A stretch of 64,000 bases of DNA, taken from Podarcis vaucheri. Its lineage: Eukaryota. The DNA is taken from the NCBI GenBank assembly GCA_965113315.1, contig OZ220363.1. The stretch is one strand, 5' to 3'. Both the position numbers and the translations under genes were made by a program. The notes below the pieces were generated by a model. The model made no database searches and was not told the DNA's origin. It saw nothing but the letters and a program-made list of their open reading frames with translations. Numbering within the stretch: position 1 is the first letter of the stretch; each line of letters begins with the position of its first letter. Positions 22,451 to 37,100 of this stretch are shown piece after piece.

Positions 22451-22752
22451 ATCTTAGGCAGCTTTTGCAGTAGGTGTGCTTAGAAAGAATACAATACACA
22501 GTTCAGATAAAATCTTCAGTGCCATATAAAATGTTTTTTGAAGTGGGGGGCGAGAAGACATACCTGGTAAGGTTCTCTCTCGCTATCTTTTGATTTTCTG
22601 CAACTTTAAAGTGCCCTAGTAGTTTATTCCATTATGCTTACTTAATTTTGTGCAATTGTATAAAAATCCCAAAGGACTGTTAGTGAGACACAGCATTTTG
22701 GAAGTTGTAGGGATTAGAACAAAAGAGAAGAATAATTTTGAAGAAATGTCAT
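19900..22752 (-). other. OSBPL11: Probable OSBPL11 3' UTR with candidate polyA signals (minus-strand AATAAA at 19922-19927, 20194-20199, 21052-21057)
   Basis: AT-rich stretch downstream of the stop codon with no recognisable TE; the distal end is inferred, not observed. Confidence 0.55.
22403..22446. repeat. (AT)22 microsatellite in the OSBPL11 3' UTR
   Basis: Directly visible. Confidence 0.95.
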
Positions 22753-22830
22753 CTAGTTTGTGTCTGCTGGTTGATTTTGTACGGCAGGCATTCTTTTCCA
22801 AAGAGGGTTGTAATAAACCCAGCCCTCTCC
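22753..22830 (-). CDS. OSBPL11: OSBPL11 exon 13 coding part ([25 protein letters not shown])
   Basis: TGCAG acceptor (CAG at 22831-22833); TAG stop at 22753-22755; matches the ORP C-terminal GxGWVY motif. Confidence 0.92.
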   Translation of the reverse strand, partial: GEGWVYYNPLWKRMPAVQNQPADTN

Positions 22831-25134
22831 CTGCAATTCAAACAGAGAACAAGATTACTCAGTTGAATAAAAAATTTCCATGTAAATTCAATGGCAAATG
22901 CTAATTGTCCTAGGATCTGAGTAGTACACTACTGCCCAGAGACTGACCATAACCATAATATCTGAAACCACAATTTGATCCTTCTCACTATCCACAGTTT
23001 AAACAAGCCACAGTTGCCTGAGTTTGGATACCCACAAATTTCAAATCAGAAGCTGAATGTACAGGTACAAAACTGGAGAGTTGGAAGGGGACTATATATG
23101 CCTGAGGCTCACTATGACTCCCTTACCAGAAAACCAGAGCTTTCTAATACATCTAGGAACACAGGTGACCATTGTTTTCACCCTGGCATCTGATTGGCTA
23201 CTGTGAGAACAGGAAGGAGTAGACAGGCTCTTTTTATGTTCTTCTAGGGAGCTGCCTTACACTATGCCAGACTATTGATCCATCTAGCTCAATATTGCCC
23301 ACATTGTTTGGCAGTGGCTCTGCAAGGTTTCAGAGAAGAACAGTCCCAGTCCGACTTGGAGAAGCCAAGGACTGAATTTAGGCCCTTCTGCATACAAGTC
23401 AGATGCTCCAACGCTAAACTACAGATGAACTGAGTCAGTGTGTAGTCTGGCCCTTACAAGACAAGAAAGCCTAATTTTGGACTTCCTCCCTAGGCGCTAG
23501 AGATTCTTCACCATAGTAGCTAATAGTTCACTAGGAGATCCCTTGTTCAGATCTCAGCCACAGACTCAGGCAGTGGCTTCAGACAAGTCACAATATCTTA
23601 TGCTTGCAAGATAAGGATAAGAATGCTAACCTACTAGACTGGATTGTTACAAATGTGACTTATTAATATGAAGCCAAATCTACAGTTCAGTTCCAAAAAG
23701 AAGCATATACATTGAGCATGTAGAGAAACTGAAGTGAAGGCATTAATCTATCAAATAAAGTGGCAAGAAAAATGTTCCAGCAGAGGCTATTTATATTCAA
23801 CTATCTTCTGTTTATATGTGAGCTTTTCAAAAAAAATGCAAAGAACTAAGCAGAGGATTTTTTTATATTTATAGAGGCAAGCAGTAGCCCCTATGACATG
23901 CTGGAAGGTTAGCATTTTAAATATTCGACTTGTGTTGAGTTACTTACATCTTTGACGAAGTACTTAGTTTGCCACGGTTCTCCTGTCTCAGCCCGAAGTC
24001 GTTCTTCATTTCTCTGCCGTTCCTCAAGTGCTTTCTTATGCTCTGTCGCCTTATCAATGTCCCCGTCCCTCAGAGACTCTGTCACATGTTGCCACAGCTT
24101 CCTGAATTAAAAAAGGTACAGCTGACTTCAAGCTCTCTTAGCAGGTCAGTGTCTTGTCAATGCTTGCAGCACATGAGCAGAATTCACAGCTATAATCTTG
24201 GCTCCTCTCAGATTAAGAATAAGGTGAACTGAAAGGCAAGAAGGAACTGCCACCACATCCTGGAAGTGCTTTCTCTCCAGAAAAAATTATGAGAAACTTG
24301 CAGTGCAATATAGAATATAGCTGTTACCCAACTGAAGAATAAAAATGCATGGCAGCAGTGGAGAATCTCAGTGCAGCCACATTTAATGGAAGTGCCAAAC
24401 CATTCTGTGAAGGACCTCTAATTCTCTGGGCCATTTTTTGAGAGAGCCTCCTATGCTCATTTTGGTTTTTCTTAGGTTTTCCTAACACATTTTTTAAAAA
24501 AGAAAAAACCACTTTGGCTCCCACAAATATGAATGAAAAAGAAATGCAGGCATCTAAGTGTACACAGTAAGTGTTAATTGCGAAAACATAAAAGAACTTC
24601 TCTTACCTGGATTCAAATGCCCCTTGTTTCTCAATGGGTCGGACTCGTTTTCTTGTGACAGACAGCTTTGTCAAGTCCATGCATTTCGTCTCTCCATTGC
24701 TGTAGGTGAATTCAAGGATGCTATTCCATTCCCCTTGCACTCTACAGACAACAGTGTTGGTAGCATTCTGTTTCACCTCACCAGTAACCCTAAAAAAACA
24801 GCATTCAAAAAGTAAAATGTGACAATAGCTGGATTAGCCCATGCTCTGTATTCATGTAGGGTTACAGCTCACATTGTGTTATTTCTTTTTAGAAACAGAG
24901 GAATACATGCAAGTTCCAGTACAGCAAGATTTGAGTGCTCGTCATCTTCTTTGCAAATGTGTTTTAAAAAGCTACATTTCTAATGTTTAACTGTGCAGCT
25001 AGTTCAAAACAGTTTTCAAAAGAAAATAGTAAACTTAGGAGCCCATTAATTATTTTTGCACTCATCTCTTGCATTTTACTTCTTTAAAAATCATTGTTTT
25101 CTATTGATGGCAGCTCAAGAATTTCATGCCATGG

Positions 25135-25178
<44 letters not shown>

Positions 25179-28100
25179 CTTTTAAATATGTGGCTTGCCA
25201 ATTAATACTGAACAACAAAGTTTAATGGGAACTCCACCAAATTTGCGAAATCTAGCGTACCAAAAAAGGAGCATTTTGCTTACAATTCAATGCTAGATGA
25301 GTTTCTGGTGGTCTCCTCTAAGCTTTCTATGATAGGAATACATTAGACTGGATAAACGTTCCTCTGCATCCAGGGTGGCTACCCTGTGGCCCTCTGGCTG
25401 TTGCTGGACTCCAACTCCCATCAGTCCCAACCAGCCTGGCCAATGGTCAGGCATAAGGGGAGCCGCAGTCCAACAACCTCTTGAAAGGCTATTGGCTGGC
25501 CACGGCTACCTTAACATGCTGATTACAGAGAAGTATTGCAGATTTTGGATTAAAGAGAAATATGCAGTTTTCCCAACATCCTGTTAAAAATACCAATACC
25601 GACCAATACTAAATATGAAATAGTGTCTAGATATTATATTCTATTTTAGGTAAAACTCCCTGAAACTAGATGTTTCCCTAGCATTATTTTAAACCTAAGC
25701 AAATGCGAATTGTACTATGGAAGCCAACTTCTGCCTCAGCAATTCAGCTGTGCACAATACAGTTCCGCTCAATAAAAAGTATTTAATAGTAAAGTTCTCT
25801 GAAAAATCTATAGTAACATTATTTTCATTACAATATCAACTAGCAGCAGAGTCACTATGACAGCATTTTCTCTCTTGTACTTATGACTACAAAAAAGCTC
25901 ATACAAACACTAACCCAAAGTCCCATTGGAAATTGAAATGACAAGACAAGTGCTTTGATGTATTTGATTTACTTGAAATAGTTATTGACCATATTTCAAG
26001 GCAAATGCTCTCTCAAGGCACTTGATATAGAAGCATAAAATTAGGAAGCACAATTTCAATAGCACAACACAATACATAACATTCTGCTATTATTTTCCAC
26101 TATTTCCCTGCCAGGGGCCAGAGTTCAATCAATCTTCTGCAAATATTTAACTAGTTAAATAAATCAAGATGGTTTTAGATGCTGAAAATCTAGTTGAGAT
26201 TCCTGCACTGCGGGGGGTTGGACTAGATGACCTTGAAGACCCCTTCCAACTCTACAATTCTCTGAAGATCCTTTTCGAGTTACTGAGACTCTGACTTGAA
26301 AGCGACATTCCAGCAAGCACCAAAAGCATTTCAGAAAAGGTTTAGCTTCCTTTTAAATGTCCTTCTCAAGTTTTCAGAACAAAGTGGTAAAGTGGCTTGC
26401 TTAGATGAGCAGCAGCAGCATACATGGACTTCGTTTTTACAACATCCAGCCCAAAAGAGGAAGATGAAAAGATGCCATTCCCATAAGAAAGTTACCTGCA
26501 ATTGATTCTGCACTACATTACACAAAACGCCTGCCAACCATAAATACTTACCGGTGAAGCTTGCCGCCATAGAATGGTTTGGTATGGAAAGTAATACTTG
26601 CAGAGTATCCCGTTTTTGCACAATTAACACTGACTTTTCCTCCCAGTTCTACCCAAGGGACAGTCAGAATTGACCGAGCATATGCACAAGGCAGAGAAAA
26701 CGTGTATTCCTCTCCATGGTCCAAGAGATTTAAAATACCTGCGAGACAAGAGAAATTCACATCAGCTCCACAATAACAGAAACAAATAATTCATACTCCC
26801 CGTACTTATATTAGAGGATGCAGAGAACCAGGACTTTTTTATCATTTAGTATTATCAATGATATACCACTTACTTAAGGTGACAACAGCCCTTTTCTTTT
26901 AACTCACAGAGGAGCTACTTGCACTAACAGTATAGGGTTGTATCCAGCCAAACTTGTTTATTTATAAAACTATTTATATACTGCTATTTCAAAAAGTTAT
27001 CAAAGTGGTTTACAACAAAAGTACATAAACCATGCAGCAAAAACCATATTAGAAAGATTAAAATCAGTTGCTGTTCCGTTAGTGCAAGGACTTTTGCCTG
27101 TGCAATATAACTTTCTCCCCCTGAGACTCCCCCCACGCCTGCAAATATGCTCTGGAGGGTTGGGAGATCCCTTGGAATAGATGGGAAGAAGTCCTATTGC
27201 AAAGATGGAAATCCTTGCTCTAACAGGAGTTTGTTGTATATACAACCCATAGTATATGTTAGGAAATTATGATCATTAATTGTAAAGACAGAAGATATAC
27301 CCCCTGTTTTCCTGTGAGAGATAAAATTCATTGGGATCATCTCCATTTGCATTTTCTACTTAAGAGGCCAACATAGTTTAGAACAGTAAAGCCTATGACC
27401 CTCCCCGCCCCCCCCCCAGCACAATTCCTCTACATTTCTGAGGCTTGCTGGTATCTATGTCTTACTGTGACTTGTCAAACAACCCTACATTACAAAAAAC
27501 GTCTCCACTGTATAATAAGTTGAGCAACGGAGTAAGATTAGTTTTGGGTGCAGGATGGACGACATCACCTCTCACAAGGAACTAGAGCAAAGCAACAGTT
27601 TCAGAAAAAGGGGTCTGTGCACCTGAAATTCTGTAGGAAATATCTGAAATTAACAGAAATGTGCAATGCAAAAGAAGCAAAGAAGAAACTGGAATGCATA
27701 CTAGGGCCAGGACATAGGCATCATAAAAGAAGACACAAAAGACATCATCTGGAGACAAACTTTTTTATCATTTTCACGTGCTACAAGATTTCCGAACTTG
27801 GTCCCAAGTGCTCCCAAAACAAGTGAGGTCCACTGTAAGTTCTGACAGGACTGGAGCCTGTCTTCTTCTCTGGCCAAGAGACCAAAGAGAGGTTGCCCTT
27901 GGAAGGAGCACCTGATCCTGTAGTCTGTTGCATCTGCAGCTGGCTGGGACAGAGGGCATAAAAGCTCAGCTGCACTTGGGTGTTAGGCTTGGCACCAAAA
28001 GGGTGACACGAAAGGGGCTCATTCCTCATAAGGTGTCTGTGCTTCTTGCACAGGGTGAGAACCGGGACAGTGAATTGTATGACTGGAGAAAGTTGCCAGA

Positions 28101-31100
28101 TTCTCCCAGGGCAAGAGCCTGCAGTGTGAATATGAGGCAGGATTGGAGTGTGGCAAGGGCTGGGTGGTAAAGCTGTTCTTAACCAGATAGATACCTTCTG
28201 GGATAACTGATGGGTAGTAGTACATTTTTGTTGTTGGGCTGTTATTTATATCATGGGCTTGTGAAGAGCCAAACATGGTTAGGGAGAGAAATGGCTATGG
28301 GAGACAAGTTATCACAGAAGTCGAGGGAGAGGCTATTTACACCTTGATTCTTGCTCCCCCCTCTCCCATGGCTGGGTTCCTGGTGGTTCATCTGCTGTGG
28401 CCATCAGCCTGTCCATGGTGCATATGAGACCTGGGTGGGCAAGCTGGGAGTTGACCTGATTCAGCTCTGTCCACCTGACTACAGCATCAGCACAAGCTAC
28501 AGAGATAGGGTGGCAAGGAAGTGGATGTGGCTCATAGTACCGGTACTTCCATCTACATCACTAGAAAAAACCCTGTCTTGGAGCTGGTTGTTAGGGCCGG
28601 TACCTGTTGTTGGGCCAAGAAGACAGTCAACAAGGGTCACTGCTGGTTTACCATCTAATCTGCTGCTCACCAGCTTATCTGACCAAGCTGATGGGCATGG
28701 TGATGGAGGAACCCCTAAAAATAGTCCTGGATGATGTCAACATCCACGCAGAGGATGCCTCAGGTGTTCCTTTTCAGGACTTCATGGCCTCCATGACAGC
28801 CATGGGACTGTCCCAAGTTATCAGTGACCCAACACACTGGCCAGGGCACACCCTCAATCTGGTCTTTGCTCCAGATGGAAGAAGGGGTTGACTGGAAGTA
28901 GCAGGGGGCTCATGGTCAAACCACTTTCTGGTGAAGTATTGTCTAATGGCTTTGATCCACCCCTGGAGGGGTGGGGTACTGAATTAATGAGATTAATGGA
29001 ATCCAATGGGTGCCTAAATGCCCTGGGCCTTTTTCCCAGTGAGTAGAGCAGACAATCTGTTTGAAACTTAGTTGCGCTGTTGAACAGTGAAGCACAATGA
29101 GCTCTTGAAATGGCCATCCCTGAGCATCTCTGGCACCATGAAGCCCTGCCTTCACAGGTTAGATCAGTGTTTCCCAACCAGGCGCCATATGGCCCCTGGT
29201 GGCCCCCAGGATATTCCAGGGGGCCAAAGGTCAAAATCTTGTAAATGGGGGGCCACAGCACACAACTGCCCCCCCCGGCTACATCCATGGGCAGGCCACA
29301 GTAAGGAAACAAGGTCAGAAGGGAGCTACGGTTAGAAAAAGATTGGAAAACACTGGGTTAGCTGACAAGTAAAGCACAAGTGGTGAAACACACACTGTAA
29401 AACTGACCAAACATGAGTGAGCCGATGTGGCAAGTGGCTAATTGCAGCGTTCTTCGCTTACCTTCGCCAACCATAGTCACTCCTATTGACATTCCTAGGA
29501 ATTTACTTTTAGTCCAGACGTGAGCATTGACACACATATTCCTTTCTACACATTCGGCATAAAACCCTGAGACTGGAGGGTGATGGGACACTTGTTCCGC
29601 TACAAATCTGACTGTGTGGTAGTCCGACTCTGCTTGTTCCTGTGACTCTTCTGAGACAGTCCCTTGCTCAGAGAGGGAATGGGACGAAGAGTTACTACTC
29701 GTGTCGGACGGTACTCGGCTCTTCCACGAGCAGTGAAACGTTTCCCCGATGATCGGGTTGTATGGCTTTTTCGCTATCGCCCCTTTGCGACCTTCATGAA
29801 AGGAAGTGAGGTAATATTCAACAAAGCGGATCATCCTCTCCTCGGGGCTGGCGCCGCTGGAAATCGCAATGAAGAGATCTGGGTGGGACATGAAGTCAGC
29901 ATACATTTCCAGCAAAGAGCGTTTCTCTAATATAAAAGTGGGGAGTACCACCTGAAAAGAAAGAAAGGCATGAAGCACACCTAAAACTTCGAATTGCAAG
30001 TGACTGGATAAGGGTATAACGCTTTTCTAAGCAAAGAGCACAACCTTAACTAGTGCAAACAAGAGGAAGACCTGTTACTTTGTGTATTCTTAAAACACTA
30101 TGAAATACTTCCTCCTTCTCCTTTAGGTGTTCCAACACAGTGGAGGGTGGCTGTCTGAAGCTAAGGCATCATTTATACTTATCGGGGCTCCCTGAGTGTT
30201 CCAGAACCCCGATTTTCCAGGGCTCTGAAATGTACACCAAGCCTCCACAAGTGCAGGAAGCTTCCCATTTCAGTCCGTGGTGGTCAACAGGAATGACAAC
30301 CTGGGGTGAGATGGAGCTAGTACACACACACACACACACACACACACTGAGCAGATTCCTTATTACCCAAAAGAATTCCTAAATAAACAATTCTGAGAGC
30401 ACAGTTCAACTAGCTGATATAAATTCAACTGGTAGGAATGTCTTCAGCGAGGGCTTTTTTGTGGGAAGGGGAGCAAAGGCTTAATTCCAAGTTAATTAAG
30501 TTGTCTGTGCAAATCCAGATGTGGCTGGGCCAGCCTTCAGTTCCAGAAGCACTTCCCTCTCAATTTCAAAAAGATTAATGTTTCAGTCACTTACTCTTGT
30601 TAAGTCCATGCCAAGTTTGAGTTGAGACAGGAGATGCAAGATAACGCTACGCTGTTCTTCCACGGCTCCAAGGTCATCCTCTTTAAGTTCACATGTATCC
30701 TCTATCTCCTCATCTGGGTTTATTTCCTCTGGTTCCTAGTGTAAATTCCAAAAACAAATGACACTTCAAATAATTTACCAGCCCTAAATATCTGGGCTTT
30801 ATAACTTAATCCCTCTTCCTCCCAGGCACAACGGTTCAGTCATCCTCCCAAACCTCACAGATAATCACTCATGTCTTAAGCAACATCATTTGTAGGAGTG
30901 ATACTGAACAAGCCACTTAACAACAGTTAAGGCTGCAAGCTTCAATTAATAGCGTGATCCTGAGAATGACGAATCAGAAGAAAGACTTAGTTGCCTAACT
31001 AATTTCTTGGGCTGACTGAAGAGAATATCACTGTTCATCCTCCACAGACACACTAGCTCTCTTCTCCCTATGGAAGTTTTATTTTGTAAAAAAACACAAA

Positions 31101-34100
31101 TTTTATTTTTAGTTTCTCTACAACACTAGCCCATATGTATGTTTTCACTTCTAGGAATAAGAGACACAAGCTAGTAAAGCTGACAGCACTCAGTTTAAAC
31201 CAATGTCAGTGTATCTCTTCTGCAATATGGGTGGGATTTCAATATGCTCATTTTTTGTGTCTCTAGGGTGCTATTAAAATAGGAATTATTATACAATCTG
31301 GATTTCTACATTGATAAAAAACAAAGATGGTTCAACAATGAATAGTAGCCTTTGCTTACAAGTTCTTATGCTGTCCAGGAGCATTCTTTAATGATCTCAA
31401 ACACCCACCTCAAACACACTCAGGGTTTTGGTAATATGCACATTTACTTGCTCTGTTAATTAAAAGCTGGGTGTTTCATCAACTGCGTTTTAACTTCAGC
31501 TGATAGACCTGCTTAACAGATATAATCATATTTTGCCTTTGATGGAACAATTTTTTTTATATTTCTATTACTTGCTGTCAATTTCCTGAATTGAACAAGA
31601 CAAAATCACTGAGTGGGAAATTTAAAAACCCACTTTAATAACAATTAAATGTAAAACAAAAATAAGAGGAGTAACATATGTTATGTTTAATGCTAATGAT
31701 GCTCAATTTCTCCTATGTAGAATGATGACTTCAAGTATTACAGATGGAAAAAAGTGGGAACAGTAAAAGTTCTCTGACAGACTTGCCCTGAATATAAAAT
31801 GTGCTAACACACAAAAAAAGAAATAAATGAAGTATAGCCTGCATGTATCCATGTATCACAGATTATGAAGTTTACTCTCCCAGAAGGAATTCCTGCTTGT
31901 CCTAAGTGGAATAGCCAACTACAAAACGGCTATAGACCAAGCATAGAAGAAGTATTTAGTAAGATGACCTGGATTGCCAGACTCAAAGGTCTATTAGCTC
32001 CAATGGCAGAGAGGGAATGATATATTCAGTATCATGTCTCACCTTGGAAGAGGCAGACTGAAGACAAAGACAGATAAGGCACACCAAGTATTTGTTTTTA
32101 ACTAATTTTAATACTGTGTTTTAAATTGCTGTATCCCACTCTGGAACCTTGTGGTGAAAGGCAGGTAACATTCTGAATAAACAACAAGGAGTCTTATCCA
32201 CTTGGCCACTATGGTATCTATCAAAATGAGCAAAGCCTTTTCAAACATACGGACCTAGGAGTTACCCTCCATATTCCACAAAATATTTGTCAGTGATATT
32301 AATAAAGACTGCTTATAGAACAGAATAACTGTGAATGCTTATTGTTCCCATGTCCCATTTGAAGTGCCCTTCAAAGCTATACTGAGTAGACATCTTCCTT
32401 TAATAGTTCCTCGGAAATGTGCAAAAACATTTTCCCGCTCTTCCCTGCTTTCTCTACAGGCACCAAAATGCATCAGTATCTTAGGCTGTGACAACGATTC
32501 TCCAGCAGAAGGTCTGGGAATGCCAGTGGGTCCCAGTGCACTTTCAAGTGGGCCTCACTGACACAGCCCACACTGTGTCTCCTCACTTGCCCGCCCTGCC
32601 CCTGCCATTTTGATTGGACTGGTGCCAGTACCAGCAATTCCTTGCAGAGAAAGATGGGCGGGAGTCAGAGTTGGGATGGGGGAGGAAAGGGAGTTTTCCT
32701 TTCTCTGAGAAGAAAGGGCAAGAGGAATGGAAGGAAATTAGAGATGCAAAAGGCTAATACAGTGGTACCTCAGGTTACAGACTCTGCTAACCCAGAAATA
32801 GTACCTCGGGTTAAGAACTTTGCTTCAGGATGAGAACAGAAATCGTGCTCCGGCGGCGCAGTAGCAGTGGGAGGCCCCATTAGCTAAAGTGGTGCTTCAG
32901 GTTAAGAACAGTTTCAGGTTAAGAACGGACCTCCAGAACAAAATAAGTACTTAACCCGAGGTACCACTGTACTTAAAAATAAGTAGCAACTGGAAACAGA
33001 AAGAAAGGAGATGAAAAGAAAGCTGTTGCAGAAGAAAGAAGTGAACATAAAAGGGTAAGGGAGGAGGAAAGGCAAAACTGGCAGCTTAGGTAGATAAGGC
33101 ACAAGTGTTAAAGGAGAAGAAATAACAGGAGATGAATAAAGACTTTGAAATGGGGGGATAATATAAAAAGACTTCTCCATCTAGAGCCTCTGAAACAGCA
33201 AATTCTAACTAAAACAGGCAGGCTGTCATATCACCTCAGGGCCAGTATCTGTACTGCGGAACTTCGCTCTGCCAGGGAATTTAGAGATTTCTGAAGTGGA
33301 ATTAGATATCAATAAAGAGCAATGTCAGTACCTGCCAGCTGATTATGCCTGTCTCCATCTCTACCTGCCACCATTTTGTAATTGTTTCTGCCCCTGCCCT
33401 GACACCCAACAGTTTTGTAAGTGCTAGCCTTCAGTCCTCTCAAGTGGGCCCTGGGGGCAGAAAGTTTGAGAACTGCTGGGATACCTGAATTAATTTTTCT
33501 GGGATGGAACTATGGTGGATATTCATCCCAGTGCAGGCAGAAAAATAGCTGAGAGAACAGTCACATTCACACTACTACTGCTATTGTGGAAACTCAAAAG
33601 CTTTGCGACAGGCCTTGCTCATCCCAGCAACTGGGAGAGAATACTAAGAAACAAGGGATACAGGAGCAGAGGTTGGGGGGGGCAGCAAGAACAACATAGG
33701 AAGTGGGCTATGAAACTGACTCTTGCCTATGGCTGGTGAGGGAGATGTGATTTCATTTTAAATCATCTAGTTGCATCTTACTAAATGAGTTTATTTTTTT
33801 GCTTGTATTTGTATTTACTTGTACTCCTCTCCCAGCCTTGCAGTTCCCTGCTCACGGCATACTGCACTCCGAATTCTATTCAGTTACATACACTCATCAT
33901 TTAGGAATGCTTGGGTGTGTGGAGATTTCTGCCTCAGTGAAGAATGGGTTGGGCACCAGGTCTTTTCAGGTACAATTCAGTAACTCTTCTAGGTAACACC
34001 GTCAAGTGCTGCAAGCAACAGGGTGTGTAGTGGGAATTTGCCATCTCCTAGAGCAAAGTATGGTGGTAACCAGGGAGAAGTAAAGAAAAGCAGTAAACAG

Positions 34101-37100
34101 CAGTCATCAGAACAGGAGCAGCAGCCATGACGGGGTAGGCAGAGAAAGGGAGACTATTTTCTTGCATTGTCTCTCCAGGGTGCGAACAGCTGCTGAACTG
34201 TCAGTAAGTATGCTGGCATCACGTTCTTCCAGTAAGGGTATTCCACTTCTGTAACTCAGTTTCTTGTTTGGAAGCAACCATGATTCAAAGCCTAGCTTTG
34301 GCTTCCAACTCATTAAAAAAACTTAAACACACACACACTTTAAGTAAAGTTTAAATCAAATAGGCAATCACTAAATTTCTTCATTTTTAATGTGGGAAAT
34401 GAAGAAATGACAGCATCCATTCACTACAACTTTCATGGTTTGCTTTCTGAAATATGGTCGTATTACAATTTTTTAATAGCTTTCATTATATCCTTTCAAT
34501 TTAAGATATTTTAAGATCAGATATGTAGTTTTACAATGAGATCTTACAGCTTGTTGCTCCATTACTATTCTAATCTGCTGTTCATTTTCAAGAAAGGTAT
34601 CTATAGATTAAGTGACAATATATATATATTAAAAACATCCAGTTGCATTCTCACTTTATCTTGACTGATTTGGGCACATATACCTGGAAAGGTTTTCACC
34701 GTTTAATCTGCTTATGGCTTTGCAACTATATTTAACTGCATGGGATTTATTATAATTTTACTTAATTATTCCTTTCATCAATGCTACCTTTTCCATATTT
34801 CCTCCTGTTAATGACAGAAGGGAAAAAGCTGCAACTTAAGAAGTGATACCTGTATTGATACTGTGTTACACTCACAGAAACTGTTTACACTCTGATTTTT
34901 CTCAATGATGCCTACTCAAAATAGTAGTATATTAAAAGCCTGAGCCGTCCCCATTTCTCAAGTAAAGGAGGAAAAAAACAAAAACAAAGCACACAACAGG
35001 GGCTTTCATGTTAACCTTACCCTGGTTAGCTGACTGGAACCTGAAATGGACTGCTCCTCTCTGATCGATGATGGCTTGTTTTGATCTGCTGGGAAATTCT
35101 GATCTGCTCCATTTTTGAAGTGGTTTGGCAGGGAGATCTTTGGTTCCAACCAGCTGATAGTTGTCCCTGAAGCAAACGAGAGTTTACGCTGAAACTTGCT
35201 CATATTCTAGAAGCGTATTTTGTTTTTCGAAAAGGCAACTGTCATTAAGCAGCTTTACTCCCCCCTCCCCCCAAAATGACTAAAAAGCAACTGAGCTTGC
35301 TCAAGCAGCTACAAAAAAACAAAGATGGGTGCAGGAGAACACCACCTCCTCGGGTCATTAGAATGATGCCTGTGATTGGGCCATGATGAAACACACAACT
35401 TGCTCCGGCGGAGGAGGAGATGGGGTTACGAAAGGTGTAATCAGACACCAGTTAAAGAACCCAATAAGACTGGGTTGTTACGTAATCCCTTTGGACAGGT
35501 TGCAGCATCGACATTCTAGCAACACCATTAGGGGAAAACAATTGCAAACTGCAATTTATTTCTAGGAAGTAAAGCTAAAACTAAAGAACACACGTTTTGC
35601 CAGAGGTCTTGTTGGGGCATTGACGGGGTGGAGGGAATACTTGGTTTTGCACAAGTTGAATAAATCTCTGTTGAATAAATAATAGTTGCTTGAAAATAAA
35701 AGCTGCATCATTTGGAAAACTGTCACCCGTTCGTTTAATGATTCTGGTGTCTCCAATTACCCCCCAGCTAGTCTATCGGAATGGATACAATTCCTCATCA
35801 ATAATGAAAATGTTCCATTCTGTTCTCAAAGGCTAGTGTGTGTAGACTCTAATAATGCCCTATTAAAAGAAACACATACACAAACTTGAATAAAAGAACA
35901 GTCAATCTGGGACATAAACATTACTGGTAACTTGGCATCTTCTGCCGATCACAGTGCCGGATTCTGAGCTGAGCTGTTACACCATACAAGGACCCTGGGG
36001 AAGTTCAGCAGCAGCAGCAGCTATCTAGGTTGACTGAACATTCCCCTTCGGGTATGATCTGAAGGCACATGAGGCCACCACCATTTGGAAACTAAGCAGG
36101 GCTGGTCTGGGTCTGGTGCCTGGATGTTGACCACTTAGGAATGCCATGTACACCATTGTGAATTCCATGAAAGGAGTGATGTAAACTCATGATAGGCAAA
36201 TGCTAAAGTGCAAGCAGCAAAGTGGGAGCGTAAGAACTCCAAAGTACTGAAGGCATTTAAATATGTTTCCTATTTTGCACGGAAGAGAAAGATCAATTCA
36301 AGGCTTTATTAAAAGAAGAAGACAGAGCAAATATAACTCACCAGTAGGTAAGGACCCTTTTTGTTGCGATGCATGCTGGAGCTGAAGAATGTGGAAACAA
36401 TCGTTTAAGCAATTCATTGTGGCCATAGAGGTTGCCTTGAGCATCAGCAGGTCTTGGTCCAAGGAAGAAAGATGGCCAGAGGAAGGAAGACATTCTATGT
36501 TCCTTATCAAGTCTCTCTGCTGTCCCTCAGCTTGCGACATCATCTAGCAGGCAATCAATGCACAAAAGGCTGAGATTTGGGTCATCTGAAACATCAGCTG
36601 AACTCTTATTTACCTAAAACCCCTTTTATTCAAATTCAGTGTGCCAACGTAACATTACGAAAAGAGCACTCGGGCTTCATCCAATCCCCTGAACTCTTCA
36701 AACATCCAAACTATATAGATTGTTAAATGAAGCTACTTCTTACTTCAGTGGAGGCAGTGGAACAATGTCCTTCACCATGCCCAAGAGCTAACGGCTAGTT
36801 ACAGGGGCACAGGACAGGTCATACGTAGCCTGCCTTCCAGAAAAAAAGGGACAGCCAAGGGCTCAGCAAAAACATCTGGGGTGGGTGTGTCTGCCTCCAT
36901 TGCCTCCCAGGTCTCTGCCTAATTATAGGGCCTGCCTTGCATTGCAGAAATGGCTTGAGACCTCAGGTGGTTCTTTAGTCAAATTATCTTGGGAAATAAC
37001 TCTATCTAAACTCACCTAGCCAGTTTTTTGGCTAACCTATGCATTCAAACCAGCAAGAACATATTGCATATTCAGACTAAATAAGCACACACACACACAC

